Assembly: GCF_004010195.1 (NCBI RefSeq)
Contig: NC_057718.1
Location: 3,937,477 to 3,977,149 of the forward strand
Direction of reading: 5' to 3'
DNA: 39,673 nt
Source of the DNA: Chiloscyllium plagiosum
Lineage: Eukaryota
Positions 11,387-23,852 of the stretch are shown piece after piece. The position numbers and the translations under genes were made by a program. Positions within the stretch are counted from its first letter, which is position 1, and each line of letters begins with the position of its first letter. Under the pieces are notes generated by a model, which was given only the letters and a program-made list of their open reading frames with translations, did not search any database and was not told where the DNA came from.

Positions 11387-11898
11387 GGGGAGAAAGTGAG
11401 GACTGCAGATCCTGGAGATCAGAGCTGAAAAATGTGTTGCTGGAAAAGCGCAGCAGGTCAGGCAGCATCCAAAGATCAGGAGAATCGACGTTTCGAGCAT
11501 GAGCCTTTCTTCAGGAATGAGGAAAGTGTGCCAAGCAGGCTAAGATAAAAGGTAGGGAGGAGGGACTTGGGGGAGGGGCATTGGAAATTCGATAGGTGGA
11601 AAGAGGTGAAGGTGAGGGTGATAGGCTGGAGTGGGGTGGGGGCGGAGAGGTCAGGAAGAAGATTGCACGTCAAAAAGGCGGTGCTGAGTTCGAGGGTTGG
11701 GACTGAGACAAGGTGGGGAGAGGTGGGGGGAGGCATTTCCAACGCTCCTCCCCCAAGTCCCTCCTCCCTACCTTTTATCTTAGCCTGCTTGGCACACTTT
11801 CCTCATTCCTGAAGAAAGGCTCATGCCCGAAACGTCGATTCTCCTGCTCCTTGGATGCTGCCTGACCTGCTGCGCTTTTCCAGCAACACATTTTCAGC
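11387..11898. mobile_element. Penelope-like element terminus forming a long inverted repeat (arms about 11424-11588 and 11735-11898)
   Basis: gctgaaaaatgtgttgctggaaaagcgcagcaggtcaggcagcatcc... is reverse-complemented at ...ggatgctgcctgacctgctgcgcttttccagcaacacattttcagc. Inverted termini are typical of Penelope-like elements. Confidence 0.8.
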
Positions 11899-11989
11899 AC
11901 TTTCAGATTGAAGGTAAATAGGGAAAATATTTACAGGCTACAAACTAAAAGACAATTACAAAATTTTAATACGCAAATTAAGAATTAAG

Positions 11990-12494
11990 CAATTAAAATA
12001 GAAATGCCTGCCCAGGCAATGTGTTGTAATTGCACAATGTGGGATATGGTGGACCCCATTATGGTTCATAGTGACTACATCTGTAGCAAGTATAGATTGC
12101 TTAATAAATTCTGGCTCAGAGTTGATGAGCTGGAGGGTGAGCTTTGAACACTGACATATCAGGGAGGGAGAGAGTTACCTAGATGCTGTGTTTCAGGAAG
12201 CAAACACACCCCTTAGATTAACTACCTTGAATTCGATCGGGGTTGTAACTATCAGTGAGGCAGGTAGAGGGTTCTCGGAGGCAGTGCTGAAGGAATCTCA
12301 GCTCTTGAGCTTGTCTCATAGGATTGATATTCTTGTTCCCTGTGTGGATGAGAGTGGGGTCTGTAGGGAAGATGAGCTAATTGACCATAGCACTGTGGTA
12401 CTGGAAGCCATTCAAGAGAAAAGAGAAAGGTAGTTGTAATTGGGGATAATATAGTCAGGAAAAATGGACACTATTCTGTTTGGCCAAGATCGAG
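11990..12494 (+). mobile_element. CR1 ORF1 remnant
   Basis: Plus strand CCNCTMWD...DYICSK...LRVDELE...VVIGD pattern. Confidence 0.6.
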
Positions 12495-13435
12495 AGTGTG
12501 GGGGGTGTGGACCTAACGAGGGAGTCGCGGAGGGAGTGGTCTTTTCGGAATGCTGATAGGGGAGGGGAGTGAAATATATCCTTGGTGGTGGGTCCGTTTG
12601 GAGGTGGCAGAAATGATGACGGATGATACGATGTATATAGAGGTTGGTGGGGTTCTGTCCTGGTGGCGATTGGAGGGGCAGGGTTCAAGGGCGGAGGAGC
12701 GGGAAGTGGAGGAGATGCGGTGGAGAGCATCGTCGACCACGTCTGAGGGGAAATTGAAGAAGGAAGCCATCTGGGTTGTTCAGTATTGGAACAGGTCCTC
12801 CTGGGAGCAGATGAGACGGAGGCGAAGGAATTGGGAATATGGGATGGCGTTTTTACAGGGGGCAGGGTGGGAGGAGGTGTAGTCTAGGTAGCTGTGGGAG
12901 TCGGTCAATTTATAGTAAATGTCCGTGTTGATTCGGTCACCCGAGATAGAAATGGAGCGGTCTAGGAAGGGGAGGGAGAAGTCTGAGACGGTCCAGGTAA
13001 ATTTGAGGTTGGGGTGGAAAGTGTTAGTAAAGTGGATGAACTGTTCAACCTCCTCATGGGAGCATGAAGCAGCGCTGATACAGTCATCGATGTAGCGGAG
13101 GAAAAGGTGGGGGGTGGTGCTAGTGTAGCTGCGGAAGATGGACTGTTCCACATATCCGATGAAGAGGAAGGCATAGCTGGGGCCCATGCGGGCACCCATG
13201 GCTACTCCTTTGGTTTGGCGGAAGTGGGAGGATTGAAAAGAGAAGTTTTTCAGAGTGAGGGCCAGTTCAGTCATTTGAAGGAGGGTGTCAGTGGAAGGGT
13301 ACTGGTTGGTACGGCGGGAAAGGAAAAAGTCTGAGACAGAAATGGAGAGGTTTAGGAAGGGGAGGGAGGAGTCTGAGACAGTCCGAGATAGAAATGGAGA
13401 GGTCTAGGAAGGGCAGGGAGGAGTCTGAGATGGTC
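12495..13435 (-). mobile_element. Penelope-like element RT fragment (GC-rich family)
   Basis: ORF 12780..13274: NFSF...QTKGVAMG...YIDD...PFLD...YYKLTDSHSYLDYTSSHP...IPYSQFLRLR. Confidence 0.9.
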
Positions 13436-13749
13436 CTCAAGTGCCAAGGACATTTCATGGTCACTTTGGGCCCCCCTTTATTCCACATTTAAGTTATTTC
13501 TTGCTTCCTTTATATTCCTCAAAGGCTTACCTGATTGCAGTTTCCTAAACCCTACAGTTTCAATCACTTGACCAGTCCAAAATCCAGCACAGCTTCTTTA
13601 CTCGTTGGACTATCAACATTATTTCAAGAAACCTTCCTGTTTGCACTGAACAAATTCAGTCCCATCAAAGTCCCTTCCACATCAAAACCACAGATGTTAA
13701 AATCACCCACTGAACCAACCCACTGTTTTTAGATTGAGAGAAATAGAGG

Positions 13750-15102
13750 CAGAGTCATAGAACCCAGAAACACAGTTTGGTCCAACTCATCTATGCTGAC
13801 CAGACATCTCAATCTAACCTTGTCCCATTTGCCAGCATTTTTCCCATAAACCTTTAAATGCATCCTATTAATATACTGATCCAGATTCCTTTTGTTATGA
13901 CATAGGGTAAACCCCTCTGCTAATTTAAACCAGCAATACTGAAAAGATTCACCCCGTGCTGTAATCTGTTAACATTTTTGAGGGAAAGAACTATCCCAGA
14001 GATCACTATTTAAAGTAAAAATTAAAAAATTTATTATTTAAGTCCAACAGAGAATATTAAAAGCAACAACTATTTGCAATTACTTTCTCTTAAATCTATC
14101 TTCTACTTCCCACTCTCCGATACTAGTCAAAATCAGGTGGGTTTTGATGTTCTGCTGCACAAACTCCTTCCACAGACAGGAACCTTTCAGAGAGCTCTAA
14201 TAGCTTCCATTTACTTGTCTTTTGGCAGTTCTCTCTCCAGCTGTTCAAAATGTTCAGTTTTATACCCCAAAACATTGGATCATTTCATTGGTTTTAATCT
14301 TATCAAAATACGAAATCCAATGATTGGAATATGGTATCTTGGGGCACAATTTAAACTGATTGGCCAAATTTGAATTTTTTTTATTTTGTTTCATGTCAAC
14401 CCAAATGCTGTGAGCTGTCTCAATCAAGTATTAAATTGTTAACTTGTTCCTGAATCTCAGTGTTTTGTCCTTGCTAGCTTTTCAACTCTCTTGAAGGTAT
14501 AGTACCTTAACACCTTCATAACACTTTTAAATGTTGTAATTGTACCCACCTCCACCAATTCTTCTGACAGCTCATTCCATATGCACACCACCATCTGCAT
14601 GGAAAGGTCATCTTCCAGGGCCTTGTTGAAAATCTTTCCCCTCTCACTTTAAGTCTATTCCCTACAGTTTTGAATACCCTATGAAAAAGATCTTAGCTAT
14701 TCACCCTATACATTATCCTCATGATTTTAGAAACCTCCATACAATCACCTGTCAATCTCCAACTCTCCAAGGAAAACAACCCCAGCCTATTCAGCCTCTC
14801 TCTTAGCTCAAACCCTTTCATCCCAGCTACATCCTCATAAATTTTTTCCACAACTTCTCAAGTTTAACACCATCCTTCATATAGAAGGGTAATCAGAATT
14901 GAATGCAGTATTCTAAAAATGGCTTCACCAATGTATTGTGCTGCCATAACATGACATCCCAACTCCTGTACTCAATGTTATGTCCAACAGAGGTAACCGT
15001 ACTAAATGATTGCTTCACCATCCTGCCTACATGTGAACTCAATTTCAAGGAACTATGAACCTGCATCCCAAGCATTTTTTTTATTGGTACCACACTCTAG
15101 GG
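13750..15102 (-). mobile_element. HER1/CR1 LINE, 3' part; interrupted by a solo LTR and continued at 23853-24240
   Basis: QVHSSLKL...IEYRSWDVML...LEYCIQF. The sequence joins seamlessly to 23853 across the Gypsy insertion. Confidence 0.82.
13893..14523 (-). mobile_element. Solo LTR (Gypsy-like), 631 bp
   Basis: TGTTATGA...TCATAACA inverted termini; 4-bp TSD CTTT (13889-13892 and 14524-14527); CCAAT, TATA and AATAAA on the minus strand. Confidence 0.88.
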
Positions 15103-15223
15103 TGTTGTACTGCCACAAAGGCCGGTATCCCATCACTCAGATTGCCTTTATTTACACATGCAGAGTCTTAGACAGTAGTCCAGCTCCCTCAGAGCCAGCA
15201 GAATCTCTAACACTCCTGTTTAT

Positions 15224-16205
15224 TTTTTTTTTTTTTCCCCACACTACCACCTAAGTGCGGTAGTGCTTATTTTTTCCCCAGCACCCATGTGTGTGTGCAG
15301 GCGTGAGACACAGTGAAAGACACAAAGTGCACCAATCTTTATTCAAATTCCACCATCAGGAAGATAGGAAAACACCCGGGTGGCCAGTGACAAACACGGC
15401 CCTTCACATCNNNNNNNNNNNNNNNNNNNNNNNNNNNNNNNNNNNNNNNNNNNNNNNNNNNNNNNNNNNNNNNNNNNNNNNNNNNNNNNNNNNNNNNNNN
15501 NNNNNNNNNNNNNNNNNNNNNNNNNNNNNNNNNNNNNNNNNNNNNNNNNNNNNNNNNNNNNNNNNNNNNNNNNNNNNNNNNNNNNNNNNNNNNNNNNNNN
15601 NNNNNNNNNNNNNNNNNNNNNNNNNNNNNNNNNNNNNNNNNNNNNNNNNNNNNNNNNNNNNNNNNNNNNNNNNNNNNNNNNNNNNNNNNNNNNNNNNNNN
15701 NNNNNNNNNNNNNNNNNNGGAAGGGGGAGGACTCCCGCGTAGAGAGCGCTCCACTGGGGATCCCCACCGCCCGGTGGCAAGTGGGCACGCCAAGGCGTGT
15801 CCGGACGGTGGATGAGGGAGAAGAGGTGGACGGTGTGCAGCAGCAGTCTGTACAGGGCTCTTCTTTTTATTTCCCTAAACAAAACAAAGTTAAAATTTCG
15901 AAGGCGGCTCAGGTTGTGGGGCGCAGGCTCCCGCGGGAAGTACGGGACCTTGGGGCCAATGTGAAATTCCGTCCGGGCTGGGGTGAGCGCGGACGGGATC
16001 CCACCGCACACCTGAGCGTCCTCCAACTGGTGCACTACGTCGGGTCCGAGCACCGCCGTTTTAAGGCGTCGGATGGCGATGGCCACGTACCGGACGTCTA
16101 CCGCTGCCCTGCTCGCTATGTCCTGCGGCAGCGTCCAGCCCAGGCCCCCGGCACCCAGCACGTCCCCGACCCTGGTCACCCACGCCGGCACGGCCCTCCC
16201 CTCCG
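15224..16205 (-). mobile_element. Tx1-clade (L1 group) non-LTR retrotransposon, 5'-truncated, inserted in the 3' LTR
   Basis: Poly(T) at about 15223-15236; ORF2 C-terminal LYRLLLHTVH...PDTPWRAHL...PQWSALY (Tx1-like); CpG-rich, so probably young; perfect 15-bp TSD aacactcctgtttat at 15209-15223 and 16206-16220. Confidence 0.85.
15411..15718. other. Assembly gap (308 N)
   Basis: Run of N inside the Tx1 copy. Confidence 1.
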
Positions 16206-16769
16206 AACACTCCTGTTTATATCTGTCAGACAGGGCTCCCTGATTGGGGCTGTTAACAGCCCCAGTCAGGGAACTCATATTCTGAGATGTACACCTGGCT
16301 GATCTTATTGCAATCACAACATCCTTTCCCTTCTGTGTCCAGGATCGTAGGCCTGTTCTTTCTCTTGCAGCATCTTCTGGGATGTTTTCAGGTCTGTTTC
16401 CTCTGATTCAGACTTGGATACCAGCAGCAGATACCAGAGCACAGCCCACCTCTTGTGTCTGGACTATCTCAGAGGAAATTCATCCTCTTCTTCAGAAATT
16501 AAGGTCATCGAGGCTGCAACATCTACTGTGTCCATCTCGGAGTCCAAGCTTTCTTCAATGGTAGGAGCGGGGAACCCATGGGTTCTGACTGTTGTACCTG
16601 ATGTTCTGAGGGGATAAGTATGTTTTGCTCACACACCGTTTGTGAATTTCCTGCTTTCATGTGGTCCACTTGCTTGTTCAGGACTGCCTCAATGACCCGA
16701 ACTTAGTATGTCGCGGGAAAATCTCAGCAGGTCTGGCAGCATCTGTGAAGAGAAATCAGAATTCATATT

Positions 16770-17632
16770 TAGTGTCCATTTATATAAATTATTTGGATGT
16801 GAACATAGGAGGTATAGTTATTAAGTTTGCAAATGACACCAAAATTGGAGGTGTAGTGGACAGCGAAGAAGTACAATGGGATCTTGATCAGATGGGCCAA
16901 TGGGCTGAGGAGTGGCAGATGGAGTTTAATTTAAATAAATGCGAGGTATTGCATTTTGGAAAAGTAAATCAAAGCAGGACTTGTACACTTCATGGTAATG
17001 TCCTAGGGAGTGTTGCTGAACAATGAGATCTTGTGGTGCAGGTTCATAGTTCCTTGAAATTAGAGTCGCTGGTGGATAGGATAGTGAAGAAGGCATTTCG
17101 TATGCATTCCTTTATTTGTCAAAGCATTGCATATAGGAGTTGAGAGGTCATGTTGTGGCTGTACAAATCATTGGTTAGGTCACTTTTGGAATGTTGTATG
17201 CAATTCTGGTCTCTTTCCTGTCAGAAGGACTTTATGAAACTTTAAAGGTTTCAGAAAAGATTTACAAGGATGTTGCCAGGGTTGGAGGGTTGAGCTACAG
17301 GGAGAATCTGGATAGGCTACTGCTGTTTTCTCTGGAGTGTCGGAGGCTGAGGGGTGACCTTATAGAGGTTTATAAAATCATGAGGGTCATGGATAGAATA
17401 AAAACAATGTTTTTTTCTCAGGGGACGGGGAGTCCAAAACTAGAGGGTATAGTATGAGGGTGAGAGGGGAAAGATATAAAAGCAATATAAGGGGCAACTT
17501 TTTTTATGCAAAGAGCTGCCAGAGGAATTGGTGGAGACTGGTACAATTACCACATCTGAATGGGTATATGAATTGGAAGGGTTTGGAGGCAAATGAGCCA
17601 AGTCCTGGCAAATATACATCTCTATGACTCTA
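16770..17632 (+). mobile_element. HER1/CR1 LINE 3' portion
   Basis: YINYLD...KFANDTKIGGVVDSEE...WQMEFN..KCEVLHFG; ctctatgactctat tail. Confidence 0.88.
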
Positions 17633-17634
17633 TC

Positions 17635-18020
17635 ACCATTCTTCAGAACTAATGACAACTTGGAAAAGGATGGTTTTTATACACAAGATATGGTGGGGAG
17701 AAGAGCAAGATTAAATAATAGGTGCAGATAGAACCCAGTCAGAGAAAAAAAGTTTGTTGGACAGACAAAGAAGCAGTTAAAGGTCAGTCTAGGGGAATGA
17801 GCAGCCAGTGACGAGACAATTAGTGACTGACAATGGGTAATTTGGATGGTAGCAACCCATACAATGACAAGATCTGGTGTGGGGGGAGGGGGTAAGCATG
17901 GAGAAAGGTACCTCAAGCCCTAAAATTGTTAAGCTCGATATTGAGTCCAGATGGCTGCGGAGTTTCCAAGCGGAAAATAACATGCTGCTCTTCGCAGTAT
18001 AAACAGCAAGTGAGAGACAG
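17635..18020 (-). mobile_element. Penelope-like element 3' remnant
   Basis: EEQHVIFRLETPQPSGLNIE-like endonuclease C-terminus on the minus strand. Confidence 0.6.
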
Positions 18021-19830
18021 AGCAAAGCAATCCCACAGCCAATAGGTCAGATCGAAGCTTTGCAGTCCTGCCACATCCACGTGACAATGGTGGTCGACAA
18101 TTAAGTAACTCACTGGAGGAGGAGGAACTTCCACAAAAATCCTCATCCTCAATGATGGAAGAGCCAACACATCAGTGCAAAAGATAAGGCCAAAGCTTTT
18201 GCAGTCAGAAGTGCTGAGTGGATGATCCATCTCGGACTCCTCCAGCTGTCCCCAGCCAAATTTCAGCCAATTCGATTCACTTCACATGATATCAAGAAAT
18301 GGTTGGAGACTCTGGATATTGCAAAGGCTATATCCAGAATGACAACATTCCAGCAATAGTACTGAAGACATGTGCTCCAGAACTTGCTGCTCCCCTCACC
18401 AAGCTGTCCCATTAAGGTTACAACACTGGCATCTACCCAACAATGTGGAAAATTGTCCACATATTGCCTATTTATAAAAAAGCAGGACAAATCCAACCTG
18501 GCCAATTACCGCCCCATCAGTCTACTCTCGATCATCAGTAAAGTGTTGGAGGGCTTCATCAACAGAGCTATCAAGCAGCACCTGCTCAGAAATAACCTGC
18601 TCAGTGACGCCCAGTTTGGCTTCTGCCAGGGCCACTCAGCTCCTGACCCCACTACAGTTTTGTTTCAAACATGGACAAAAGAGCTGAATTCCAGAAGTGG
18701 GATGGGAGTGACAGCCCTTGACATCAAAGCTGCAGTTGATCAAGTGTGCCATCAAAGAGCCTCAGCAAAACTGGAATCAATGAATTTCAGGGGGCAAACT
18801 CTCTGCTAGTTGGAGTCATACACAAAGGAAGATGGTCGTGGTTATTAGAGATCAGTCAGCTCAGCTCCAGGACATCTCTGCTGGAGTTCCTCAGGGTAGT
18901 GTTCTTGGCCCAAACATCTTCAGCTGCTTCATCAATGACCTTTCCTCCATCTTAAATTCAGAAGTGGGGATGTTTGCCGATGATTGCACAATGTTCAGCA
19001 CTTTTTGGAACTGCTCAGATACTGAAGCTGTCCATGTTAAATTGCAACAAGATCTGGACAATATATCCAAGCTTGGGCTGAAAAGTAGCAAGTAACATTT
19101 GCACCACACAAGTGACCATCACAAATAGGAGACAATCTAACCACTGCCCCCTTTGCATTCAACAATGTTACCATTACTAAATCCCCCATTATCAATATCC
19201 TGGGAATTATCATTGACCAGAAACTCATCTGGACTTACCATATAAACTCAGTGGCTACAAGAGCAGGTCAGAAGCTCCGAGTACTGTGGCGAGTAACCCA
19301 CCTCTTGACTCCTCAACATCTGTCCACCAACCACAAGATACAAGTCAGGAGAGTGATGGGATACTTTCCACTGGCCTGAATGAGTGCAATCCCAACAACA
19401 CTCAAGAAACTTGACACCATCCAGGATATACCCAACCCCCTTGATTGGCACCACATCCACTCCCTCCACCACCAGTGATCAGTAGCAGCAGTGTGTACTA
19501 TCCAAAAGATACACTGCAGAAATTCACCATCTTCCAAACCCTTGACTATTTTCATCTAGGAGGACATTGGTAGTACATGTATGAGAGCATCACCATCTTC
19601 AGGTTCCCCTCCAAGACACTCAGCATTCTGAATTGGAAATTTATCACCATTCCTTTAGTGTCATTGGGTCAAAACGTTGGAAATACCCCCAAAAGACATT
19701 GTGAGTCAACCCACAGCAGGTGGACTGCAGAAGGCTGCTCACCTTCACCTTCTCAAGGGCAATTACGGACAAGCAATAAATGCTGGGCACAGCCAGCGAT
19801 GATCACCTCACACAATGAATAAAAATTTTT
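18020..19830 (+). mobile_element. Non-LTR retrotransposon RT and 3' UTR (CR1/L2 group, family distinct from HER1)
   Basis: NYRPISLLSIISKVLEG...QFGF...ALDIKAA...GVPQGSVLGP...FINDL...FADD; ends aatgaataaaaa. Confidence 0.85.
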
Positions 19831-19964
19831 AAAAGCCTTGCGTCAAGCATGCCTCTTACCCATGCAATGATCCTGAGATTCTAAGTGGGTACATTTCCTC
19901 AGCATTCACCCAGGAGAAAGGTATGGAGGATAGTGAGATCTGTGTGAAATGTACTAATATGCTG

Positions 19965-20592
19965 ATATGCAGAGAATGCCTCCACTGTGGAAGCAGGCCA
20001 TTCAGACCATTGAGTCCACATCGACTCTGAAGAGTGACCCACTCAGACCCACCTCATCCTGTTATTCTGCATTTCCCATTGTCATTGATTAGGACAGACC
20101 AACCAAAACATTCTTAAGCAGGCAGTCCCAGACCATAACTTTGCAATTTGCTTCAGTAAGTGCACAGTGGAAATTACCCCAAGTAAGTTCGTTTGGTTCA
20201 CAACTGGATTTTAAAACAGACAAAACTTTATTCACAAAATTACACAATGAAACACAAAGAACAGAATAGAGAACCCCTACAGAACTCAATCTATCCAAAT
20301 TAGACTTAATTATGCTGTTCTGAATATACACAACAGTCCCAATAAGCAAACTCCCTTTAACACCCAGTATAAATGGAACACATGCTTACAGGTTAAAGTT
20401 GAAGGACAGAGAGAGAGGGGGGGGTGGGGGTGGGGGGCAGAAACTGGGACACGTCGAAGAAACCCACACAGGCACAGGGAGAATGTGCAAACTCCACACA
20501 GACAGTCGCCTGAGACTGGAATCAAACCTGGGTCCCTGGGGCTGTGAGGCAGCAGATAGTCACTAAGCCATTGTACTGCCCGTTGCCACAGC
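19965..20592 (-). mobile_element. Degenerate HE1 SINE split by an LTR-like fragment (about 20080-20420)
   Basis: SINE tail (ccactgtggaagcaggcc) at about 19980 and head (gaatgtgcaaactccacacagac...) at 20480-20592. Confidence 0.7.
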
Positions 20593-20599
20593 ACTTTGA

Positions 20600-22195
20600 G
20601 ATCAAGAAAGAAATGCTAGATCTCTTCATGAGCATTAACGTGCATAGATCTGCAGGGCCCGATGGTATTTACATCATGTAACTGAGAGAGACAAGGAAGG
20701 AGATTGCTGGGACCTTCACCAAGATTTTTGTACCATTGCTAGCAACTGGAGAGGTCCCAGAGGACTGGTGAGTAGCTAATGTTGTTCCTCTATTCAAGAA
20801 TGGAAATAGGAATAATCCAGGAAACTACAGACCAGCGAGTCCTACATCGGTGGTTGGGAAGATATTGGAGAGGATTCTTGGAGATATAATTTAAGCACAT
20901 TTGGAAAAGCATGACCCAGTTACGGGCAGTCAGTATGGCTTTGTGCAGAGCAGATCATACCTTAGTGACTTGACTGAATTTTTCAGGAGGTGATGAAGGT
21001 GATCGATGAGGGTAGAGCAGTGGATGTTGAGTACGTGGATTGTAGTAAGGCCCTCATGGTAAGCTCATCCAGAAGATTAAATTGCATGGAATCCACAGTG
21101 ACTTGGCTGTGTGGATTCAGAATTGGCTTGCCCATAGAAGGCAGAGCGTCATGGTAGAAGGTTTTTTTCCGGTTGGAGGTCCATGACCAGTGGTGTTCTG
21201 CAGGGATCCATCCTGGGACCTCTGCTCTTTATAATATTTACAAATGACTGGGATGAAAATGTCAATGGGAGGTTTAGTAAGTTTACAGATGATGCAAAGA
21301 TCTGTGGAGTTGTGGACAGTATAAACGATTGTCAAAAGATACCGCGGGGTGTAGATCAGTTGCAGGAAAATGGCAGATGGAGTTTAATTTATATAAATAT
21401 GAGGTGTTATACTTTGGGAGATCAAATTTTCAGAAAAGATATAGTTAATGGCAGAACCCTGAACAGCACTGATGTACAGAGGGATCTTGGGGTTCAATTC
21501 CATAGCTCCCTGAAAGGTATTATGCAAGTAGAGGGTGGTAAAGAAGGTGAATGTAATGCTTGCCTTTATTGGTCAGAGAATTAAATACAAAAGTCACGGT
21601 GTCATGTTCCAGCTTTATAAGAGTTTGATTTGGCCACACTTAGAGTATTATGTGCAATTCTAGTTGCCCCATTCCCCGGAAGGATATGGAGGATTTGGAG
21701 AAGGTGCAGAAGGGATTTACCAGGATGCTGCTTGAATTAGAGGGTATGAGCTATTAGGAGAGGCTCAGAAAACTTGGAATGATTTCTGTGGAGCAGTGAT
21801 GGCTGAGGTGAAACTTGATAGATATCATATAAGATCATGGGATGGATTGATAGTGTTGACAACCAGAATCTTTATTCCAGAATTTAAATCTCTAAAACTA
21901 GGGAGTGTGCATTTAAAGTGAGACAGGGAATGTTCAAAGGAGATCTGAGGGGCAGGTTTTTCACACGGAGACTGGTAGGAGTGTGGAACATATTGCCAGG
22001 GGTGGAGGTAGAAGCAGATCCAATAGAGGTGTCTAAGAGATTTTTAGATAAGCACGTGAATATACCACACACGGATGAATATGGACAAAGGACAAGCAGA
22101 AGGAATTTGTTTCATTTAATTTCATTTTTGACACAACACTATGGGCTGAAGGGGTCATTCCTGTGCTATACTGTTCAATGGTCTATGTATCATGT
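20600..22195 (+). mobile_element. CR1 LINE ORF2 remnant and 3' end
   Basis: TSGVLQGSILGPLLFIIF...KFTDDAKICGVVDS; DLRGRFFTRRLVGVWNILP; tail tgttcaatggtctatg. Confidence 0.88.
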
Positions 22196-23481
22196 TCTAT
22201 GTTTTATCCAGGGCCATTTCCGTGGTCCTAGTACCCGGTCCTTGTTCCCTGAAGTAAACTATCGCTCTCGCTGAGTGGAGTTTTGAGTCCAACATTGGCA
22301 TTTCTGATGCTATTTCACCCTCCCTCCCGGGTCTGGGAATATCAGGTTTAACCTGGTGTGGTGTCTTCTTTCCTTCAACATCTCTGCTGGAGCAATCCCT
22401 GTAGGTGCACAAAGGATAGTCTGAAAATTAAATAGGAGCCAGGACAGTTTGGTCTCAAGTATAAATTGACAGCTGTTTCTTTAAGCCTGGCTTCAAAGTT
22501 TGGACTGCTCTTTCTGCCAGATAATTGCATGATGGATGACATGGAGCTGTCCTTGCATGCCAAGTGCCATTTGACTTTAGGAAATACCTGAATCCTCTGC
22601 TGGTAAATGATGGATCGTTATCTCTGATCAGCACCTCAGGGAGACCATGTATTTCACCAGATACTCACAACCTTTTTACCATTGGCCCCACGTTTGACAA
22701 TTGTGCTGATGCATGTCAAATCATTTTGAGTGGGTGTCCACACTGACTGAAAATACAGATCCTGTGAAAGGATTGACATAGTCGACGCGGAACTGGGACC
22801 AGGGTTCACTGGCCATTCCCATGAATATGAGGGAGCTGCGAGCCGGAATATTTGTCCGTGCTGGCACTCTGGGCACTGCTCACCAATGCGGCTGTGTCTG
22901 CATCCAATCCTGGCCACCAGACATTACTTTCCACCACATTTCCATTTTGGACACCCCTGGATGGCCCTGGGTGGAGATCAGCCAGGATCTGGCAGTAAGC
23001 TTTGCTCGGTGGAATCACTCCTGCTCCCGACAGTAATCTGCCGTCCTCTACGGTAATCAGGGCTCAGCCGGTCCAGAAAGATTTCAGTTCAGGTTGTGAT
23101 GACCCTTTTACTTCCCCAAACAACACCAGCTGTTTTAGTTGAGGAAGGATCGGATCTTTTAGTGTCCACAGTCAGGTCTGGTCAGCGGTGACCAGAAGGA
23201 TATCCAGAAAGTTTATAATTAGAACGGACCCTTCCAGTGACAGCATCACCGGTGGATTAATCTGTAAACAGGAGGTGGCTCAAGGCATTACAATTTCCAT
23301 TTGGCCTTCTGGATAGTTTTCATCATCAAGTGCCCCTTTATTTACACATGTTTAGTACGTGACACTGATCCAACTCCCTCAGAACCAGCTCTCAGAGTGA
23401 ACAGAACCCCTGATGCTCCTGTTTCTTTTATGTTTTCTACTTTCTTTTTTATAGTGAACAGAACTTCTGACACTCCTGTTT

Positions 23482-23740
23482 ATTTTTTTATTTTTTATTT
23501 TTAAAATTTTTTTTCTGTTTTTCTATTTTACCCCCACACTACCACCTAATTGCGGTAGTGCTTATTTTTTCCCCAGCACCCATGTTGTGTGTGTGTGCAG
23601 GTATGAGACACAGTGAAAGACACAAGGTGCACAAATCTTTATTCGGTTTCCACCACCAGGAAGAAAGGAAACATCCAAGTGGCCAGTGACAAGCAGTGCC
23701 CTTCACATCAAAGGGCAATGTTGCATGATCAAGCAATTGT
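23482..23740 (-). mobile_element. Tx1-family 3' end inserted in the 5' LTR at the same site as the 15224-16205 copy
   Basis: T-rich tail, then ccccacactaccacctaa..gcggtagtgcttattttt as in the 15237-15410 copy; TSD tcctgttt at 23474-23481 and 23741-23748. Confidence 0.82.
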
Positions 23741-23852
23741 TCCTGTTTCCATCTGTCAGCCAGGGCTTCCTGATTGGACCAGATTAACAGCCCCAATCAG
23801 GGAACTCACATTCTATGAGGTCTACCTGGCTGACCTCATTACAACCACCACA

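Larger units (their letters stand above)
15103..23852 (-). mobile_element. Degraded Gypsy LTR retrotransposon with nested insertions: 5' LTR about 23310-23852, integrase about 22200-23300, integrase C-terminus and PPT 16322-16710, 3' LTR 15103-16321
   Basis: Integrase remnants ILADLHPG...VWWPGLDAD...QCPECQ...WEWP; PPT gaagggaaagga next to TGTTGTG at 16321; near-TSD taggg (15098-15102) / caggg (23853-23857); the flanking HER1 halves are contiguous. Confidence 0.8.

Noticed and set aside
13325-13435. Short direct repeats resembling a repeat-spacer array
   Set aside because: Local tandem duplication of a Penelope RT segment (compare 12940-12995); eukaryotic DNA, not CRISPR.
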